41,981 nucleotides of DNA from NCBI GenBank assembly GCA_004524445.1, contig SDNP01000027.1, positions 1-41,981 on the forward strand. The letters are read 5' to 3'. Made by a program: the position numbers and the translations under genes. Below the pieces are notes generated by a model. It was not told the origin of the DNA. It ran no database searches and saw only the letters and a list, made by a program, of their open reading frames with translations. Source of the stretch: Candidatus Thorarchaeota archaeon (GTDB lineage Archaea > Asgardarchaeota > Thorarchaeia > Thorarchaeales > Thorarchaeaceae). Below are positions 38,411 to 41,981 of the stretch, piece by piece. Every line of letters begins with the position of its first letter. The stretch's first letter is position 1.

Positions 38411-39859
38411 CTTCTCGTTAGAGCGTGTTCTCCTTCGAGCCTTCAAGCTTGCCTGTTTCTTCTCATGAGGAAACAACCAACGCTCTAGTCCGCTCTCATT
38501 CGCAAGTGAAGGAATGAGCTTGATGAGGCGCCGGGCGATATTGATGGCGCCGTTCTTGTCGGCATTGGAGCGATAACCGCAGGTGGGGCAGATGAAGAGG
38601 GACTGCTTGGGTCTGACCCCCTTGGAGCCACACCGGTGGCAGGTGATGGAGGTCCAGGACTCAGGAACAGGAACAAAGTGTGAACCCTTCCCATTTACCC
38701 TCCAGCCCTCCTGGACAAGAGTGTGCCTGAGTCCCTCGCTAACTCGCGCAAAGGTCCAGCGAGCAACTTTCTTTCTGAAGGACTTCCGCTTACCACTCTT
38801 TCTTCCTGCGCTACGGCGGATATGGGTGAGGCGACCGATGGCCACATACAGATTATACTTCTTTGAGAGCTCGAGGATGTGGTCAGTGAGCTCTCGAACA
38901 AGCACACCATCATAGTCGGTGCTGATGTTGGCACGGCGACTTCGAAGTTCCTTGAGCCGCTCGGCTACACCATCATATACTACACCAGCATTTTTTCGGT
39001 CACACATCTCCCGCTGCAGAGCATCTACCATCCCATCGTACCGTTCTATCTGACTAGCCTTGTCCGGTTGCGTGAAGTAGCGTACATACCTCACCCGTTG
39101 TTCAGTCAACACAACAGAACAGACCGCCTTGTCAATCCCAAGATCGATGCCCATGACTGCCGGAGGCAGACCGGTCATGTCAACCACCTCCACCTCCACT
39201 CTCACAGCAAACACAACCCACCATTTACGACGGACGTCCTTGAAGAGCCTCAGGGATGTCACCTCCCCCTCATCCAACCTGTTCAGATGGTAGGAAGAGG
39301 GAGTCAAAGGAATGAGCAATCTGTCATGAGTCCAGCTATCAGTCCGCGCCGAGTCCAAGGAGTCTAACAAATCAAGCCAATATTTTGTCTCCTGGCCCGG
39401 TCGGTACTCCAGTTTGAATCTTCTAGCATATACATACCGAGGCAGCTTTCGCTCCCGATATCCTTCTGACTTGAGGGGCGGCTGTCCATCCAATTCCAAG
39501 TAACTGTTCCACATAGCAACCGCAACTTGCCGACACTCCTGCAGCTCGTTGGTTGAGATGTTTGGGAATCTCTTCTTGAAGTCATGTGGAACAGATAGTC
39601 TATTCCTGGCTGGGTCTTTAAACCGCTCAGCTGTAAGGGTCAGCTTCTCCAGCGCTCCACCGTTGACCCGCTTTCGCTTCTTGCCAACAATGAGTTCTTT
39701 CTCGTGACGCGCAATGACCCCAAGAAACGCCCGGATGACTCGTGTATCCCGTCCGGTCAATCTCTCCAACCTAGACCTATCAGCATCACTCATGCAGTCC
39801 CACTTCACAGGAATTTTCACGCTGATGATTACAGTCTGGGTCTCGGGCATCGGCATCAC
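38075..39859 (-). CDS. tnpB: TnpB/Cas12f-like RNA-guided endonuclease with rearranged RuvC-II
   Basis: GIDLG (RuvC-I), VAIGRL, VPESWTS, CHRC/CPTC Zn finger, NADKNGAINIA (RuvC-III). Confidence 0.9.
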   Translation of the reverse strand: MMPMPETQTVIISVKIPVKWDCMSDADRSRLERLTGRDTRVIRAFLGVIARHEKELIVGKKRKRVNGGALEKLTLTAERFKDPARNRLSVPHDFKKRFPNISTNELQECRQVAVAMWNSYLELDGQPPLKSEGYRERKLPRYVYARRFKLEYRPGQETKYWLDLLDSLDSARTDSWTHDRLLIPLTPSSYHLNRLDEGEVTSLRLFKDVRRKWWVVFAVRVEVEVVDMTGLPPAVMGIDLGIDKAVCSVVLTEQRVRYVRYFTQPDKASQIERYDGMVDALQREMCDRKNAGVVYDGVAERLKELRSRRANISTDYDGVLVRELTDHILELSKKYNLYVAIGRLTHIRRSAGRKSGKRKSFRKKVARWTFARVSEGLRHTLVQEGWRVNGKGSHFVPVPESWTSITCHRCGSKGVRPKQSLFICPTCGYRSNADKNGAINIARRLIKLIPSLANESGLERWLFPHEKKQASLKARRRTRSNEKSEPSSKRSASRGRSAAECHDQALLAEFVSTTDPAVERTVEQPSAAIDAHKATDSHGNRVQRSEAPSEARSDKARVQARGEVPALAGDSSREQGGTRELTVTEGVHSPSTQT

Positions 39860-39864
39860 TCAAC

Positions 39865-39975
39865 GTACTTAAACTTCCGACCTGTCTTGTGTCAGAAGGG
39901 AGTTCACTCACCTCCATATCCAGCAGAGTGAATGATAACCTCCACACATTCTATATCATAATAGTACTTAAACTT
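39865..39975 (-). promoter_or_regulatory. Two identical BRE/TATA-like boxes upstream of tnpB
   Basis: AAGTTTAAGTAC at 39975-39964 and 39876-39865. Confidence 0.6.
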
Positions 39976-40103
39976 ATGAAGACTGTAGAGTTATGAACTC
40001 CTAATTTTCAATTCTAGGCACTCATATGCCTTATCTATTAAAACAGAGTAATAGTCGTAAAACCCGAGAAAGTATATATAAATAAACAATAAAAATGTAG
40101 AAT

Positions 40104-41981
40104 ATGGCTCATTTTGGGTCTCCCAAACAGCCAAACAAGGTCCTCATCACTGCCTTCAAGCGTGGGATGGCAGCGACATTGGCTCTCGCACGGGACCGTG
40201 CCATGGGAGCTGCCCGACCACTGTACTATGGGGATCACCGTGTGAAGGGCATGGCGAAGATCTGGGATGAGGCTAAGAACGCCTATCGAGAGACCCTTGA
40301 CCTGGATAAGCAGCGGAGGTCAGCCTCTTATCGACAGAGTTTCAGCCCCGACCAGCTGGAGGAGCTGGATAGGAAGGTCCTCCCTGACAGTAGACTTCTT
40401 CTAAAGGCGGAGAATAACATCCGGCGCAATTTCTACCGCATCATGTTGAAGACCGCCGTCAAATATGGCAACAAAGAGACCAAACGAGTCAAGCGTGGCG
40501 AGGGCCCACAGGGATACCTCAACCTTCTCTGGGACTACGCAGGCAGTAGAATCCGCGATGTCTGCAAGGCCCGGTACTTCTTTCCCCCGCCCACAGAGCT
40601 CAAGCTCGCAGACGGATCTGAGGGAGTAGGGTACCCTGCCCTCGGAGGACAGTCAGCATACTTGCTGAATCACGACAACCTCCCTGAACTGGACTTTGGA
40701 GACATGATACGAAGCCATCTGGTGGAGCTAGCAAGACAATGCATGAAGTACAATGTGCCTCTCAGGCCAGCCAAACGGTACATCGACCAGCTACTCAACC
40801 GGCTTCTTCCCTTTCTGGATTATGTCTACAGTGGAAGGAAGAGCGGTCGGTCCAACTTCGTGCGTGAGGGAACTGAAGAACTACGTGATGTGGTTGATAG
40901 AATCAGCATACTCTATGGCATGCGAAACGGCAGAGCTCCCTCTATCACTTCCATGGTTGCAGTCGATACAGAGGTGACACTGTCGGATGCTGATGCCCCT
41001 GTAGTTGAAGAGTATCCAGACGACCTCACTGAACCCCAATTCGAGCACACTCCTCAGACACCAGAAGAGAGTATCATAGCCTCTGATACGTCGGTCGAAG
41101 AAGATTTTGAGCAGTCAAAAAATCAGGACTTCTTCGCAACCCTTGTTGGTAGAGCGGAGGAGGAGGGTGTTGATGAGTGGAGTGATGCTCTGGATACACT
41201 CAAACAATTGTTGGATGACGGCATCTTAGATGAGGAGGACGCCGCACAGATTCTGAAACAGGCACAAGAGGAGAGCAGAAGAATCGGCAGCGCATTTCAT
41301 GACTTTGTATCAAAGGGCTTTCCCAGTCCCTTTGTGATGAGTGCAGTGGTCCATCATGGAGATGAGATGGTACAGGATAGGTCCGGCCTCCTGATAGTAT
41401 CCGAGTTGAGCGTTGCAGGAGGAAAAGGGCGAGTTGACCTCACAGTCTTCAGACGGAAACTTTTGCCAAGTGTGGATGCGACTCAACCAAAAGTCATCTA
41501 TGAACCCTGCATGGTTGTTGAGATAAAGACGAAGAGTGCTTTTGAAATCGATATCTACGGGGTGAGGTCTAAGAGTGAGAAGGAGAAGAACATTGTCAGT
41601 GAATTCCTGCTGGAGAGAAGAAGAATCACTGACAAAGAGTGGGCGGACATAAGGGCAAGCATCTCTCCCGGGAGTGTAAAACAGATTGAGCTATACCGTG
41701 AAGCCATGTTGAATGAGTATCAACGAGTGGGATGGATAGATCCGAGCCCACCAAACGAACTGATCAAAGCGGTTGTTCTGGTCGATTCAAAGGAAACGTG
41801 GAGTGCAGCTCGTGACGCATTGCATGCCCTGATTGTCGAGGGCTACGAGATGGTCATGAATAATGGAATCTCCACGGGCGACATTCTTCAGGTCAGCGAG
41901 AACGGAAGCCCGCTGAGATTAGCCATGCATATGGTATCAGATAGCTGTTCAGCCATCGAAGTTAAACCACCTGCTAAGAGA
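40104..41981 (+). CDS. Large protein (>626 aa, 3' end outside the window) with a RecB/Cas4-like PD-(D/E)XK nuclease domain
   Basis: Hand translation from ATG 40104 is open to the window end: MAHFGSPKQP...IGSAFHDF...IVSELSV..GKGRVDL...VVEIKTK...KQIELY. TATATAAA box at ~40075. Confidence 0.85.
   Translation, partial: MAHFGSPKQPNKVLITAFKRGMAATLALARDRAMGAARPLYYGDHRVKGMAKIWDEAKNAYRETLDLDKQRRSASYRQSFSPDQLEELDRKVLPDSRLLLKAENNIRRNFYRIMLKTAVKYGNKETKRVKRGEGPQGYLNLLWDYAGSRIRDVCKARYFFPPPTELKLADGSEGVGYPALGGQSAYLLNHDNLPELDFGDMIRSHLVELARQCMKYNVPLRPAKRYIDQLLNRLLPFLDYVYSGRKSGRSNFVREGTEELRDVVDRISILYGMRNGRAPSITSMVAVDTEVTLSDADAPVVEEYPDDLTEPQFEHTPQTPEESIIASDTSVEEDFEQSKNQDFFATLVGRAEEEGVDEWSDALDTLKQLLDDGILDEEDAAQILKQAQEESRRIGSAFHDFVSKGFPSPFVMSAVVHHGDEMVQDRSGLLIVSELSVAGGKGRVDLTVFRRKLLPSVDATQPKVIYEPCMVVEIKTKSAFEIDIYGVRSKSEKEKNIVSEFLLERRRITDKEWADIRASISPGSVKQIELYREAMLNEYQRVGWIDPSPPNELIKAVVLVDSKETWSAARDALHALIVEGYEMVMNNGISTGDILQVSENGSPLRLAMHMVSDSCSAIEVKPPAKR

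Noticed and set aside
38075-39859. Catalytically dead TnpB (TldR-like)
   Set aside because: The missing RuvC-II Glu is plausibly replaced by the Glu in ESWTS, and both Asps are intact.
38085-39916. BHB-spliced archaeal intron enclosing tnpB
   Set aside because: The 5'/3' duplex lacks two opposed 3-nt bulges around a 4-bp helix.
37900-40100. CRISPR array next to the Cas12f-like gene
   Set aside because: No run of three or more regularly spaced repeats and no cas1/cas2; only two short TGGAGGT-containing segments upstream.

Overview
This is an archaeal chromosome segment, most likely from an Asgard archaeon such as Thorarchaeia. That assignment is inferred from gene content and the LRR protein style, not from a search. 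Positions 2.6-33 kb are mostly conserved housekeeping genes: a stand-alone 5S rRNA, DUF1512, two tandem type II MetAPs, dnaG, a protease-less Lon-type ATPase followed by pelota, a tRNA thiolase, a site-2 protease, the rps6e-eIF2gamma-PIN-rpo7-spt4-rps24e-rps27ae cluster, an intron-containing initiator tRNA, a DUF134/NifX/MinD-4Fe4S cluster, ychF, rpl15e-rnp3-rnp2, JAMM, Lrp and FTR1. The right end (35.2-42 kb) is accessory and holds the most interesting signals. (i) A toxin-antitoxin plus GNAT islet is flanked by two mvhD copies that are almost identical in protein but heavily recoded at synonymous sites, except for an identical, palindrome-rich 80-bp core. (ii) A 594-aa TnpB/Cas12f-like nuclease has a Fanzor-type rearranged RuvC site, a ~430-nt structured 3' RNA and an upstream RNA segment complementary to that RNA. 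(iii) Head-to-head with the TnpB gene is a large ORF (>626 aa, absent from the ORF track, running off the window) with a RecB/Cas4-like PD-(D/E)XK nuclease domain. Several unassigned structured RNAs are also visible (1-185, 7022-7328, 28193-28290). All calls come from reading motifs by eye; no database searches were run.
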